64,000 nt of DNA from Rhizaria sp. SCN 62-66 (taxonomy: Eukaryota), in NCBI GenBank assembly GCA_001724265.1, contig MEDY01000118.1:1-64000 (forward strand), given 5' to 3'. The first letter of the stretch is position 1. The number at the start of each line of letters is the position of its first letter. A program made the translations under genes and the position numbers. The notes beneath the pieces are model-generated. The model did not search any database, was not told the origin of the DNA, and was given only the letters and a program-made list of their open reading frames with translations. Positions 24,273 to 37,480 of this stretch are shown piece by piece.

Positions 24273-25039
24273 TTACTTCATGCCACCCATGACACCGTTA
24301 GGGTCGGAGTTCTCCTCAGCTAAATTAAGCAATCGGAGGCAAAAACAGAACAGCAACAGCGAAAATACAGAAGGGCATATACACGTAAGAAGGCATAAGA
24401 GCATGACTTCAGCACAAATACAATTACATAGCACAAAGCAAAGCAGTTAAAGAGCTCGCCGTCTCATTAAACTCGCATTACACGATACGCGACAGTCGGA
24501 ACCTAATCGCGTCAATATATATGTATCGCTCACAAGGTGTTGTGTTGAATGCGTACCGAAGCGGACGGCGACGCGGTCCATGGTCTGGGTGTAGCGGTTG
24601 ACGCAGTTGGAGAGGCAGCGCTTCTCCTTGTCCTCGAGATACTTGCGAGAGAAGTTCTCCACGCACGGCTCGAAGCACAGGTTGGGCACGGTGCTGTATT
24701 GGTGAGAGACGAGAATGCAATGATGCAAGAGCAGGCAGAGAGCAAAGTGAGTGAGTCTGGCAGTCAGAGTGATAGTATATCGACAATATCAGCTGGTAGA
24801 AGACAGAAGAGCGGGTGTTTACTAGGCAGCCGGGAACATTCAGTAACAGTGAAGCTTGTTGACGCCATGATGAGCGTCAGCAGTCGCCGAGAAAGAGTGT
24901 TGGGTCAAGCTGTTGAGTCGTGGTTGGCTCGAGTGACGCACCTGAGGACGTAAGTGGCCTCCTTCATCTGGTTCTCAGCGAAGTAGTCCATAATCTGAGC
25001 GCGCTCACGGTCAGTGCCGTTCTGCATCAGCTGCTGCAT
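24273..25039 (-). CDS. TIM9: Small Tim chaperone, Tim9-like; exons 25039-24942, 24693-24557, 24319-24273 (93 aa)
   Basis: Twin CX3C motif (CFEPC...CLSNC) with QMKE before it and RVAVRF.E.N after it, resembling Tim9. Both introns are frame-consistent. Confidence 0.8.
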
Positions 25040-25457
25040 TGTGCGAGTGTGACTGTGGCGAAGTGTAGCAGAGCGCGGGCGCGAGGTGAGGAAGGCAGAG
25101 AAGACAGGAACGGATATTCGGTGAGGGGGCATTATGGAACATTGAAGGCCATTCAAGACAATGTAAAAAGAATACACGAATGGCAACTGTAGATTCTATT
25201 CAGAAATGCTGGTATGGGAGTCGCTGACGGTCAGTAGCCTAATAATGTCCTTGTCAAAGTTGTAGTGCGGTGCGCAGCCCACCGCGACCGCTCTGAACTC
25301 CAGCCTCAAGTCAGAACATGTCGTTCTATATCTTGCGCTGAAAGTTTCACATCCGCTAGTAGTTGCTCTGTGGATCTGCTTTTGTTTTGCGCTTTCTGTA
25401 TTCACATCTAAATTGGACAAGTGTCAGGTCTGATAAGGCTCTTAGCTACGAAGTTTG

Positions 25458-27382
25458 ATGTCTGCCACAGGGGTCATCGCGGCCAAGCTGCCCGCCTCTG
25501 GCTTCCTTCCCGCTGCTCCCGTCGGTGCAAGTACAACTTCCACGCAGCGTAACGCCATCACGACCTCGCTTCAAGACGCGCTGGTCCAGCTTGACGCTCT
25601 GGAAGCGCAAGTTGTGCATATCGCTGCTCAAAGGTACGTCAGCTGTCCCTCGCTGACTCCCCTGCCACCCGACTGATGTGATTCGATTTTTCACATGTTA
25701 TCATATCAAGATCGGCACTTCGTAGTCATGGTGTGTTCTTTAACGCTATCTGTTTTGTCAACATACGTTTTACTATTCTCTCGCTTTGCTCCAAAAAGGA
25801 ACTTGAACCCAATCGTCGAGTTTACTCCCGAGATTGCCCGTCGTACGTATCTGCACCATGTCAACAAAACTAGTTTTATCGGAGTAAGATTATCATAATA
25901 TGGTAAAAGTGTTTGAGTCCAATGTATTCTGCACTGTTCTTCACTATATGTCCGCGTTTGGGTATCTTTCTCGCTCACTAACCTTGAATGACCTTCTCTT
26001 GTATACTTGTCACTGTGATCCCTCTCGACATCTCAGACGAGCGCGCCGCTTTGCTGAGCGTTCTCGACGAGCTCACACAGTCTCTCACCGCTGCCCGCGC
26101 GGCCCACCTGCCCTTGCCGCCCCCACCGTACCCGGGTTCTCTCACCGGCGAGCTCCCCGAGTCAGCCTCAGCCTCTGACTCCGCAGCCCCTAGTGACCGC
26201 GCTGCGACAGCTACGTCAGTCGAGAGTGCCAGTGCAGTCGCGGCCTTCCCGCCCCCGGCCTACAGTCACTTCTCGCTCGCGACGGCGGCCACCGCAAAAC
26301 ATGCTGACGTGGCAGCAACCCCCCTTGACTTGTCCTTGCCCTTACACTTGCCGCTCAGCGCGATCCCCGCCAAGGCCCTTACATCCTTCCCCTTGGCCAC
26401 CGTCTCCACACTGCAGCGGCTTGAGCCCGCGCTCGCCACGGCCAACGCCTACGCCAGCGCCGGCACCGGCGCGCCGAGCGACGCTGGGCCCGCTGGCACG
26501 GCGACGGCGCGGCTGTGGACGCCTGAGGGCGTGCTGTGCGTGTCGGTGCCCCCGGCCGTGGCGGCCACCGGAGCCTTCCCAGGCGTCTTCGGCGACGCCG
26601 CGCGCGCACGCACCCCCAACGCGGTCGCCACGGGCGCCGCCGCCGTGGCCGTGGCGCGCCAAGTCGCGGCGGCACGCGCAGCGACGGCGGCGGCGGCCGA
26701 GGCAGCGGCGGCCGCGGAGGCTGCTGACGCCGCTGTCGCCGACGCGGCCAATGCTGACGGGCGCGACTCTTATGGCGGCGGCGCGATGGGCGACGAGGAC
26801 ACCGACGCGGCTGCGGTTGCTGCTGCGACCGCAGCCGCGGCTGCTGCCAAGGCCAAGGCCGAGGCCGCGGCTGCTGTGGCTGCGCAGCTCGGCGCCTCGT
26901 GGGTCACCGATGACGCTGAGGGTACAGACGCGGGCGGCGGCAGCAGCAGTGTCAGTGCCAGTGCAAGTGGTTTGCTTGAGGGAGATATTGCCAAAGCTAT
27001 CGTTGAAGGCTTCGACTTCGCGTCCTGTATTGCCGACTGTGGTGGCAAATACGCCTACACCAACAACCTCACGACTGGTCTCATGACTGTTGCGGAGGCT
27101 GCGACCGCGAGCACAGACGCGGATGCTGGCGGTGGCGCTGGCGCTGGCGCTGGCGCTGACGCGGCGTCCTCCGAGTCATCCGGCGCTGCGACCGCTGGTG
27201 CGCCCGCAGTGCTCACAGTCACCCAACTTAGCCCGCCCGACCTGGCGCCTGTGGCGGAGCGGCTGGCGGCGGTGGCGGAGCTGGCGCTGATGCATTGGCA
27301 CAACACCAAGAAGGGGCTGGAGGGCAGCGATAAGGCGCTCAAGAAGGCCGGGGAGCAGTGGGTGCGCGAGAACCCGGTCTGA
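25458..27382 (+). CDS. Hypothetical Ala-rich protein; exons 25458-25633, 25799-25842, 26037-27382 (521 aa)
   Basis: GC-rich coding-like exons joined in frame by two GTACGT...AG introns. No family recognised. Confidence 0.7.
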
Positions 27383-27891
27383 GTTGCGGCGTCAAGCAAA
27401 GCACTCAGCTGTCACTGCTGTGGTGCTGACGTCACCATTGGCCACTTCCAGTTGAAGGCAGATACGCAGAAGTGATTTATGGGTCTATGTCGATATAGAG
27501 GAAGGCCCTCGGTACAAAAGTACGCATACCTAGTTTGTCATGTTGGCATAATTATAATATCGCAAATAAATTTATCTCTGTGACTGTCATATGCTATGTT
27601 GTGATGAAATACGGTCTACTTCGCAGTCGCTGTGTTGACAAAGCACGCCGATCAAGATCGACTGCACCGATCGGGGACACTCAAACATATCAGCTGCTTT
27701 AGTTTCATCGTTAATAGAGTTCAAATATTGGTGTCTATACTGTTTGTAGAATATAGAACTCAAATTCAATATTGTATTTTTGCAGACATGTATTAATCTC
27801 ACTCTCGTTGCCTTAAAATCTCACGTCACCTCTCTCATCACCTTTGCCATGCTTGTCGCCGATCCGCGTCCCTGCACAGTGCACCTGCGAG

Positions 27892-30306
27892 ATGCTCTCC
27901 AGCAGCCGCACGGTGATCCGCGCCGCCACGCGCTCTTCTTGCTCTCTGCCTTTTCGCAAGGCCTCGGGTGTCCGTCTTTCCCTCAATAAAGCTTCATCCC
28001 GCTCCCTCTCCTCTGCGGCCACCGCTGCACTTACTCCGGCCACAGGCGCTGCTGCCGCCGCGCCCCAGCAGGAGCATGAGGAACTGTACGACGTCGTCAT
28101 CGTTGGCGGCGGCATGATTGGCGCTACGATGGCCTGCGCCCTGCACACTGGCGCCTCTGGTGACAAGCTCCGCATCCTCGCCATCGACTCGGCCAAGCCC
28201 CCCGCCACGCCCGCCTCTTTTCCCTCCGTGCCCGCGTCCTTCGCCAACGACGCCAAGACGAGTGCGACCGCCTCCATGGACGAGCTTCCGCTGCCGACTC
28301 TGCGCACAGTTGCCCTCAGCCCGCAGTCTGCGCAGCTGCTGTCGCAAATCGGCATCTGGGACGGCGTCACCGCGACCGGCCGCGTCGGCGCTTACGACCG
28401 CATGCTCGTCTGGGACGCCCACGCGCAGTCCCAGTCCTTGTCCTCGTCTACCGCCGCGCACCCGGGCGCGACGGGTAGCGGCGGCGTTGTCGCGGGCGAC
28501 GGCGGCGCACAGAGTGGGGCCGCGGTGGTCGAGTGGCGAGCTGCCGACGCCGCCGTGTTCGGCTCCGACGCCCACGACGACCACGCACTCTCTCGTAGTC
28601 ATAGCCATGGCAAGGCAGATTCGGCCGCGAACGTCGGCGGCGTGAGCAGCGTGTCCAAGCTCGGCTACGTTGTCGAGAACGATATCCTGCACTCGCACGT
28701 TTTCGCCAAGATGCAGCAGCTCGCCGCCCAGTCGCGGACTCAGAACAAGGCCAAGACTGCGGCTGCTGCTGCTGTTGCCCCGACGGCAACGGTGAGCAGC
28801 AGCGCCGAGATGGAGGAGGAGCCCGTCGAGGTGGCTGTGAGCAACCCGGTCTGGCTCAACTACTACAACGCGGCCGGCACGCTCGACGTCGCCACTAATA
28901 CCGCCGTCAACAGCCTCGTCCTGCCCGCCTCCGGCAACTACCAGCCGCCCTCGAGCTCGGCCACGGCCAAAAGCGACTCTGCCAGTGCCACCACAGCCGC
29001 GTCCAGCTTCGACGACAAGACAGGCCCCACCGCGGCCGAGGGCGGCGTCACTGCGCGCTTCGCCCGCCTCACGCTCAGCAACGGCCGCCGCGTCGCCGCG
29101 CGCCTCGTCATCGGCGCCGACGGCCAGTCGTCCCTGGTCAAGGCCACTGCGGGGCTCGGCGCCGTGGGATGGGACTACAACCAGCGCGCCGCCGTTGCCA
29201 CCGTCGCGCTCGAGCGGCCTGTCACGACCGCGTTCCAGCGTTTCCTGCCCTCGGGCCCCGTCGCGGTGCTGCCCCTCTATGGCAACCTCGCCAACATCGT
29301 GTGGTCGACCAATCCCGCGCACAGCAAGCACCTCAGCTCGTGCACGCCCGCCGAGTATCTCGACCAGCTCAACAACGCGCTCTTCGCCCCCGCGGCCGCG
29401 CTGGCGCCGCTGGCTGCCGCCGAGGGCGTGGCCGTGGCCGGCCCCGTGGACCCCGAGACCGGGCTGCCGGTGCTGTCCGCGGCGAGTCTGCTGCGCCACG
29501 TGGCCTCGCTGCCCGGCAAGGCGGCGCGCTTCTGGCGCGACCCCGTGCCGGACGCGTTCAAGGGGCTGCTGCCGCTGCTGAGTCAGCAAAACGTCGCCAG
29601 TCTCCTCGACCTGCCCTCCAACCAGCCCGCCGTGCGCGTCAACACGAACGCTACCGTTACCGCTACCGCTACGACGACGAAGACTGATGACAGCACTAAC
29701 GGCAGTAACGCCAACGATCTGCTGCCGCGCGCGATTGCTGTCAAGGGCCCGCGCGCTGGCTTCCCGCTCAAGCTCACGCTGGGCACTGCGTACGTAGCGC
29801 CCCGCGTGGCTCTGATCGGCGATGCGGCCCACGTCGTGCACCCAATGGCCGGCCAGGGCGTGAACCTCGGCTTCGGCGACGTCGCCGTGCTGGCTCAGGA
29901 GCTGGAGAAGGGCATTGGCGCCGGGTCGGATGTGGGCGACTATCATGTCCTCACCAAGTACCAGAACAAGCAGGTATGTCACCATGTTAACGTTCTCAAA
30001 AGGAATCCAGTCCTGTTATGTGTAGATTTATAATTCTTGTTTCCCGAAGATCTCAGTATCCAACTTTCAAACTCACATCTACGTCGTAAACTTGTCTCTT
30101 TGTTCCCTTTTTAGCTGCTGGTTAACGGCGCCGGCCTCCTCGGCGTTGATGCTCTGGCCAAGACCTTCTCTATCCAGGACGGCCCTCTGGCGCTGCTGCG
30201 CTCCGTTGGCATGACTGTGTTTAACGCCACGCCCGGGATCAAGAAGATCGCGGCACAATTTGCCATGGGTGTCACGGGAGCGAGTGTTACGAAGGACAGC
30301 AAGTGA
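27892..30306 (+). CDS. COQ6: Ubiquinone biosynthesis FAD monooxygenase COQ6 (UbiH/UbiF family) with low-complexity insertions; exons 27892-29973, 30115-30306 (757 aa)
   Basis: YDVVIVGGGMIG (Rossmann fold), ARLVIGADG, AFQRFLPSGPVAVLP, RVALIGDAAHVVHPMAGQGVNLGFGD; presequence-like N-terminus. Confidence 0.93.
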
Positions 30307-30647
30307 AGGATCTGATGTCCTCTTGACCATGAATGTAAGTGCAAGGTTCTAATTTAACGCGGAGTCTGGCAAGGGCCATACTACTGATGTTTAACTATAG
30401 TGGTGATATCACCGATTGATACAGTATGGTGTATCTCGAATTTAAAATAAAAAATTTGACTTATTTATTGCCAGTCTAATATGTGTAAAATCGAACAAAC
30501 GCGGTACGCATTGAGTTGCGTTCGGAGTGCTTAGACAGGGCCCCAGTCACAGTCCACAAAATGCAATCGCACAAAGGGATTCGATGACATAAAATGTACC
30601 GTCATCCGATAAAGTGAAATCAGTGTTGCTTTGTTGCGTGAGCCGAC

Positions 30648-32228
30648 TCACAGCTCGATCCGGTTGGTAGACGGCTTCTGCGACTGCGCGTCAGCAGTGA
30701 TGCCGATAGCGTTGTCGAAGATTGCCTCGACATAGGGCCAGTTGACAAGGTCCCACCACGCGCTCACGTAGGTCGGACGCACGTTCAGGTAGTCCAGGTA
30801 GTCTGAGTTGTGCACAAAGCAAAATGCAACAAATTACAAATCAAGAAGCAGATAATATCAAGTCAGTAATCCAATAGAAGTGAGTGCCACTGTTAACTTA
30901 GAATATAATCCTGTTAACAGACACAAATACATTTTACATAAGTTGAATCCACTCCGATAAATGTCTACTTCGCCAACCATCATGATTTGATAGTCGGGGA
31001 TTGGTACGTACAGGCGTGCTCCCAGACGTCAACGGTGAGCAGCGGGATCTGGTCCGCCTTGAAGAACGGCGAGTCCTGGTTCGACAGCGAGGTCAGAGTG
31101 AGCTCGCCCGGAGCCGCAGTGGAGGTGGTCAGCCAAGCGTAGCCGGAGCCGAACTGGTTGACGGCAGAGGCAGTGAAGGCCTCCTTGAAGGCGGCGAAAG
31201 TGCCGAACGCCTTCACAATCGCGCCTATATGCAGACAAATAGGGGTTGGATATAAGGTTTCAGACAGAAATAGTTAGATCAATATTATTTAAGAACATGT
31301 ACCCACACGACTTGTCGGACTCGAACAATGTTACATTGAGATATCAAAGGAACTAAGAAAGACACGAATGAAAAGCGTACCATAGAGCTTGGACGACTGA
31401 CTAGGGGCATTGCCCTGGACAGGAGCACGCATGACCTTCCAAAAAAAGTCATGGTTGACTATAGTTGATGAAATATAACGAACGAGTAAAGCACCATGTC
31501 AGTAAGAACAGAGGTTTGACACAGGGTTCCAAGATTGATTATTACAATAACAGTGAGTGCACAGCCAACAATAACCATATTTGCAACAAGGATACACATT
31601 GTGCGCTCATGAGTGACGGTTGTACATGGTTTGTGGCTGATTAAACGTACTGTAGCCACCGCCATTGTTGACGATGGGGGTGCGGAGCTTCTGGGGGAAT
31701 TTGTCAATGTTCTGCAGAATAACCGGGATGCCCTTGTCGAGTAGGGGGCGCAGCGCAGGGTCCGCTTCGGCCTCGGTGAGGGCAGCAGCAAACTTGTCCG
31801 CGTACGTCTGTCACGTGTATCAGTGTGGCAATGTAAGCAAGGTGTGAGAGGCGAACGACAGCAAGATTTGGAAGAAGTGAAATCAAACGGGTATATCATC
31901 GACTCAAAAAGCGGCACGTAAATATAGTTAATTTCGCCATGTAAAAAGCATTATATATTCGGTTCACCATTCAACCTAAACATATAGACTACCGTGTGCG
32001 TTGTCTAAGCGATGAATCCTGAGGTGGGTCTGAGATATCTACTTGTTGACGAACCTGGTGGTGCTTGGTATGGTGCACAGTGAGCGCCTTCTGTGTAATA
32101 ACAGGCTCCAGGGCGTTGTACGCGTACGGCAGCGGCGGCAGAGGCACTGGGAAGGCGGTCGCGGGGGCACTACCGGTGGCGAGAAGCGCCACAATCGCAG
32201 CTAGGGTCAGACCCACAGACTTGAGCAT
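30648..32228 (-). CDS. Fe/Mn superoxide dismutase (Mn-type signature) with signal peptide; exons 32228-32055, 31807-31651, 31458-31381, 31224-31012, 30802-30648 (258 aa)
   Basis: [43 protein letters not shown] and DVWEHAYYLDY contain all four metal ligands. Four introns, all frame-consistent. Confidence 0.95.
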
Positions 32229-32611
32229 GAAACTACGTCATTGTGCAACAAATACGCAACGAATGAAGATATGATAAAGGAATCATGCGTGATCATCGCA
32301 TTTAATTTCGGAAAACGTGCGTGCAGTGCATTTGATGGAGAAAGTCGCGAAATTAACACGCATCTGAAAACCGGATCAATCGGAGTATCATCCACACGTT
32401 CAGATTTGACCGTTCGTCTGGCAATCGCCTGTTCAACTTAGACAGGTCCATTTCAAGAGACATAGTCAGTTGTGCAATGCATAATCTGAATATTGTATTG
32501 AATTTTCAACAAATCACAACGCGCACATCATACAATCACGCGTATTTCTTCTTCTAACAAATTCTCCAACCAACCAACGTCACCCTCCATCACAACACCA
32601 TCTGGTCTTGC

Positions 32612-35600
32612 TTAGACCTTCAGGTCGCCGAATGACCTGTTGTCGTTGAGCTCCGTACCGGGCGTGGGGGAGCCGGCGTGGAGGAGGTGCGACGGCGGGG
32701 GCACCACGGCGTTGACGGGCGCGGAGCCCATGCCACCGTAGGGGTTGCTGAAGAACTGGCCGCTCATCGCACCAGACACGCCCGCAGGCATCGGCTGCGG
32801 CGCCGAGGGGCGGCGCTGGGCGGGCGCCGCGGCGGCCGCGGAGGGCGCCATCGCGGCCGCCATCTGCGGGCCAAGGTTGATCACGATCGTCGGCATGCCG
32901 TTGCCGCCGTTGTTGCGTGCAGCACCGATGTTGTTGGCGAGCTTCTGCATAGGGCGGCCCGCGGCGGCAGCGGCAGCGCCGGCGGGGTAACCGCCGACGC
33001 GGGCGTCGAGCGCGGCGCGCGCGGCGGCCGGAGAGCCAACGGCGCCGTCCGCACCCAGCGGGGCGGGCGACGCGGCGTCGGCGGGCAGCGCGGAGACACC
33101 CTTGACGCCGCGCAGGTGCGGGTACAGCACGTCGGCGACGGTGAACGAGTAGGGGTTCGCCGGGGGAGTCATCTTGAGCTGGGTGATGCCCTTGCCCTCG
33201 CTGTCAGCAGCCGAGGTGTTGGGGTCCTCCCACGGGTACGCGTGGTAGCCCAGGGGACCCGTGGGTGCGGCCACGGGCAGCTGCGTCGACAGCGGGCCGA
33301 CGCGGTCCTGGAGCAGGGGCAGGTTCGTGCTGCCGACGGCGACGTTGTCCGCCGACTGCGCCATGTGGGCCTGCAGGAAGGACTTGAACACGGCCTGAGC
33401 GTTGTCGCGCGAGCGAGCCTCGTCGGCCTCGGACTCCGGGGAGTCGGGCATGCCGTTAGCGCTCAGACCGGACGCGCCGCCGTTGAAGCTCTCCGCGGAC
33501 AGTGAGGGCATGCCGCCGTAGGCGTTGGTGGCGGCGGCGTTGGCGGCGTTGGCGCCGTAGATGTCGAGGAACGACACGGCGGCGGCGACGTTGCTGTTGC
33601 TGTGGGCGTCAGCGCTCGCCGCCGGGGGGTCCCAGCTCACCGAGGACTTGGTCGCGAGCAGCGAGAACTCACGGAGCGAGTCGGCGTCCTTGGCGACAAC
33701 GGCCGGGTTGGCTGTGGCGGACATGGGGGCCGCGTGGTACGCGGTGTTCGCGGCGTTGCGCGCGCGGCCGGCCTCGGACTCCCACCAGGGCTTCTTGGCG
33801 TCATCGGCGTCCTTCTTCGCCTTGGCGGCGGCGGCGGCCTTGGCGGCGGCCTCAGCCTTGGCGGCAGCGACGGCCTTGGCGTTGGAGCGCTTGAGCGCGG
33901 CTTGGGCCACGGCGGAGGTCATGGCCTCGAGCTCGGCAGCCGCGGCGGCCTCGGCCTCCTGGTCGGCGGACGCGGCGGCCGTGGCCTGGACCATCGTCTG
34001 CAGCATCGACACGCCCTCGGAGAGGCGGTTACCGCCATTGTTGCTGTTGCTGTTCGCAGCGGCCGCGGTGTTGGTGGTCGTGGAGGTCATCTCGTTGAGC
34101 ATGGCAGCGAAGCCGTCGTTGTCGACGTCCATCTCGTTCTGGTACGAGCTGCTGGGCGCGTCCGTGGTGAGCGCAGCCGAGGCCTTGCGGTTGATGCGAC
34201 TCACCATGCGCGGGCTCTCGTTGAGTGACAGCGACTCCGGCAGCGACGCGGAGCTGGGCGCGGAGGGCAGCGCGGCCGCGGACTCGGCCTCGGCCTCGAC
34301 GTCGACGCCCGCAAGCGCCTCGGCCTCGGCGTCGGCGTCGGCGTCGGTGTTGCTCTTGGTCTGGAGCAGAGAGTGGGCAGCGGGAATGGCGACGCCGTGC
34401 TCGTTCTTGTTCAGGGTCTTGACCATGACGATGCCGCCACCCGCGGTAGCGTCGGAGCTCACGCGGCCCAGCGCGGCGTTGCGCGCGCTGACGTCGAGCA
34501 GCGCGGAGGCCGGCACGTCCTCGGCGGCGCGGTTGCCGCCCGAGAGCCGGCGGAGCGCGGCAAGGTCGCTTTCCAGGTCCAGGCCCATCGTGCCGACGCG
34601 GGCGGACTCGATGCGCGCGTGCTGCGCGGGGGCGGCGGGCGCGGCGGAAGAGGCGGACTTGTACGAGTTAGTGCGGGCGGCGAGGCGCTCGATCTCGGCC
34701 TCCAGGTCGGCGTCGAGCTCGTAGCTGGAGCCGGCCTGGGCCGAGAGGGCAGCGTTGAGCTCGAGGAAGAGCGCGGGGAACTGGTCCGGCGCAAGCGAGC
34801 CCGCGGGCGCGGCGGCGGGCGCGGCGGGCGCGGCCTGCGAGTCGAGGGAGGCCAGGCGGGCAGCGAGCGCAGCGGGCGTGTCGGCCGGGTCCGAGTCGCC
34901 GCCGAGGGCCGCGGGGGCCGTGGCGGCGGCGGCGGCCGCGGCGGGGTTCAGCGAGTGCGGGCCATCTGTCTCGGGGAGGTTTCCGCCGATGGGGTCCTTG
35001 CCGAAGCCGGCGGGGGTATTAACGGCGTTGTCGCCGCCCATGCCGACCGTCTCGTCGAGGGAAGGCATCGCGCGGAAGCCGGGGTTGGAGAACTCCGTGC
35101 CCGGGATAAAAGGGCGGTACGGCGCGTTCCACTCACCGCGGCTCAGGGCAGCAAGCATCTTGGCCTCCTGTTAACGTAAAGCGAGAGAGAGAGGAACAAA
35201 AAGGGGGAAAGAGAAAAGGGAGTCGGGATGTAAGAATCGATAGACAAAATGTCCACGTAATGAGATACGATACGTGCATACTCTTAAAAATGCCGCCACT
35301 CGCACAAGAGCTCAATAGTGTAATGCTCTGTGCCGAAATGGATCTCGAGTGAGAGAGTATTGAAGGAAGGAACGTACCTGGATCTCAGGGATGGTGTAGG
35401 CAGCGCGATCGCCGAGAGGATCAGCAGCGCCGACCTTACGGATGTACTCACGAATAGTCGCCTCGCGCGCGGGCGCGTAGACCCCGGTGCGCACCGTGGG
35501 CGCGGGCTCGGGGCTCGCGAGCGCGGAGCGGACTGCCCCTGCCATGGAATAGGGGTTCAGCGACGCCGGGCCAACGCGCACAGCTTGTACCGGGGCAGGG

Positions 35601-35846
35601 TACATCAGCTGCGGGCTGTACTCCGACGCGGCTGCGAGCCATGACAGAGCCTAAAGTGTAGTTTCGGAGCAAAAGAGAAGCAGGAGCGGGCGTGGGGCGC
35701 GTAAGGTGGGAAACAATGGGACAGGAAGTGAGCAACGAGGTGAAGGAGTGGGCGAACTAATGATGAGGTTTAAGGAAGGTCGAGGGAAAGCGGAAGAAGG
35801 CATAACGTACCAGAACGAACGCCGCAAGAAAAACGGCGCGGTTCAT
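32612..35846 (-). CDS. Secreted low-complexity Ala/Ser/Pro-rich protein of unknown function; exons 35846-35811, 35650-35378, 35167-32612 (954 aa)
   Basis: The spliced N-terminus MNRAVFLAAFVLALSWLAAA-SEY looks like a signal peptide. Two phase-0 GTACGT introns; strong C/G-ending codon bias. Confidence 0.82.
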
Positions 35847-37480
35847 GGTTTCTCTAGTCAAGCTAGGTCCACCGGACACCTAAGACAAAGACGCAGAGAA
35901 AGGGGGCAAAGACGCGAGAGCAGGTCGAAGACATAGAGTGAGACTAGAGGGAGGGCAAAACAGGCATCAAAGCAAGGTAGGAGGTCGTACACGTCGAATA
36001 GCAAAGGAGATATGGCTAGTTAAGCACCGCGAAATATATCATATTAAAACAATTAGTCCAGAAGACGCTGCTGCAATGCCACAGCTCCCGTTTTCTGTCT
36101 TGCTGTGGGTTCTCCTTCGAGCCAACGAAGTTAAGCCGCTGGGCCGGCTGAGCCACAAACGCATTTTGAGTTGCGCCCATCACAAATCTCGCAAACAAAC
36201 AGCTACATGCATGGGCATGTTTTATATCACTAAATTTCACTTTTTCGGAGCTTGCCGGTAAAGTTCTCATTTGAAATTATTTTTATTTTTATCAGAAGTT
36301 AATATATAAGTGCTGAAGTCTACAACACTGTGACTGCCAGTCAAGCGCGGCAACTGCCTCAGAGACCGCTAATGTGTAGAGGTATGGCATGGTGTTGACT
36401 TCAAGTCATTTTTATTGCTCTGTTAGGTGATTCTGACGTGTTTTTTCCATGACTTCTTTATACAATTTGATCCTGAAGTACTATGCCAAAGAAACACAAA
36501 GTTGTCACTTTAGTCACTTAAGGAAAACCACGGCATACAACGCAACAAAAACAAACAATACAGAGTCAAATATTATGTTAGTAATTGCCGCAGTAGGGCC
36601 AGTCCTAGAACCATAGTTTTGTAACAAAAATAACTCTCTTTGATAGATATCTACCATGTTACGCGAAAGTGGCTAAATATATACGTGCCTATATCTCACG
36701 GATATAAGAATCGCCAGGTGTTATTTTCATATAGATTATGCATCAACAGTTGCCTAATATTATATCAAAAGACAGAATTGATTCGCAACTGTTTAACTGC
36801 CTTGCTGTGCAAAGCGAGCTTGGTATTGGAAATGACTGCGACTGGGAGCAACAACGGCTTGAAAAAATCGAGCTTCGAGTAGCACCGCGTGTGGGTTTGT
36901 GGGTTTCAATAACTCTGCAAGCGTGCGTGTCCATGCTACATATCCACATGTTATACAATCCATACTTGCAATTGTATTGTACCGTTCAATAATTGCCCCA
37001 CTTTGACGCGTTTTAGTCTTACTTTCGTGCGATACCTGTCCCTCACTCATCACTCTTTCGATACTTTCGCCTCCTCCACTTTCTTCCGCTGTATTGTTCT
37101 TCTTTCTGCACACTTGCAGCCCCCTCTCCAGACTTTTTCTGACACCCGCGTGCTCTTGTACCATATAAGACGCCTGTTTGTGCTGTTTTTTTCCATCCTT
37201 CGCCCTCGCGCCTCTTCCGCGCGCTCCTTGAAGAATCGAGTCTCTTTTTCCTTTTCCACACTCGCGACTTGCCTTCAATCCAGTTAGCCTCCAACGACGC
37301 GTTCCGTGCCCACAACTGCAGCAACCCGGCCTCGTATTTCTTGTCATACGCGTTGATCACTCCCTCGCTCCTGCAACGCACAGCTGTTACTCTGACCCTC
37401 GTTTTGTAACATCGTTCGACCAAACTCCCCAATCCTTGTTAATACCGCCAACACGACCTCAGACGTACGCCTCAGCCACA

